DNA of 62,949 nucleotides, the filler included, from Rhabdomonas costata (taxonomy: Eukaryota): assembly GCA_019059605.1 (NCBI GenBank). It is 47 parts of 47 records of this genome, joined end to end, with 100 filler letters (N's around TTAATTAATTAA, not from the genome) between each part and the next. Parts side by side here need not be neighbours in the genome. Positions count along the whole stretch, not along the records: positions 61,709 to 62,949 come from JAHMHO010022268.1; 46 more parts are not named here. One strand, 5' to 3'. Every line of letters starts with the position of its first letter. Position 1 is the stretch's first letter. The notes beneath the pieces were generated by a model. It was not told where the DNA came from, did no database searches, and saw nothing but the letters and a program-made list of their open reading frames with translations. Of this stretch, positions 62,877-62,949 are shown piece by piece. Made by a program: the position numbers and the translations under genes.

Positions 62877-62949
62877 CTTGCTGATTCAAAACAGAGAGAG
62901 AGTGTGTAAGTGAGGTGAAAGGGGTGAACTCTGGGTTGAGCAGCTGGAT

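Overview
This window is not a contiguous locus. It is 47 unrelated contigs of about 1.24 kb joined by 46 artificial 100-nt spacers (N44-TTAATTAATTAA-N44, with stops in all six frames), so adjacency between contigs means nothing. The DNA is eukaryotic nuclear sequence with short GC-rich exons, phase-compatible GT-AG introns (plus one probable GC-AG), CA/TG microsatellites and decayed elements. The receptor-type adenylate cyclase exon and general style suggest a euglenozoan (euglenid-like) protist, which is an inference only. Most contigs begin with G/T-only bases and end with A/C-only bases, and several keep near-copies of a GenomePlex-type whole-genome-amplification adapter. Recognisable gene fragments are an isochorismatase-family hydrolase, a REJ-domain protein, a kelch protein, a Glu/Leu/Phe/Val dehydrogenase, a Na+/Ca2+ (CCX/NCLX) exchanger, a SOS1/SLC9C-like Na+/H+ antiporter, two class III cyclases, cyanase, a membrane histidine kinase, SPT5, SF3A3 and SCO1. 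There are also WD40 and LRR pseudogene fragments and a Ty3/gypsy gag relic. The two most unusual signals are non-coding. One is an 800-bp array of a dozen or more covarying DNA hairpins built from tandem sheared G-A pairs and GNA triloops (10765-11568). The other is a perfectly repeated, structured 714-bp tandem or circular unit (56344-57585). All identifications were made by eye from remembered motifs; no searches were run.
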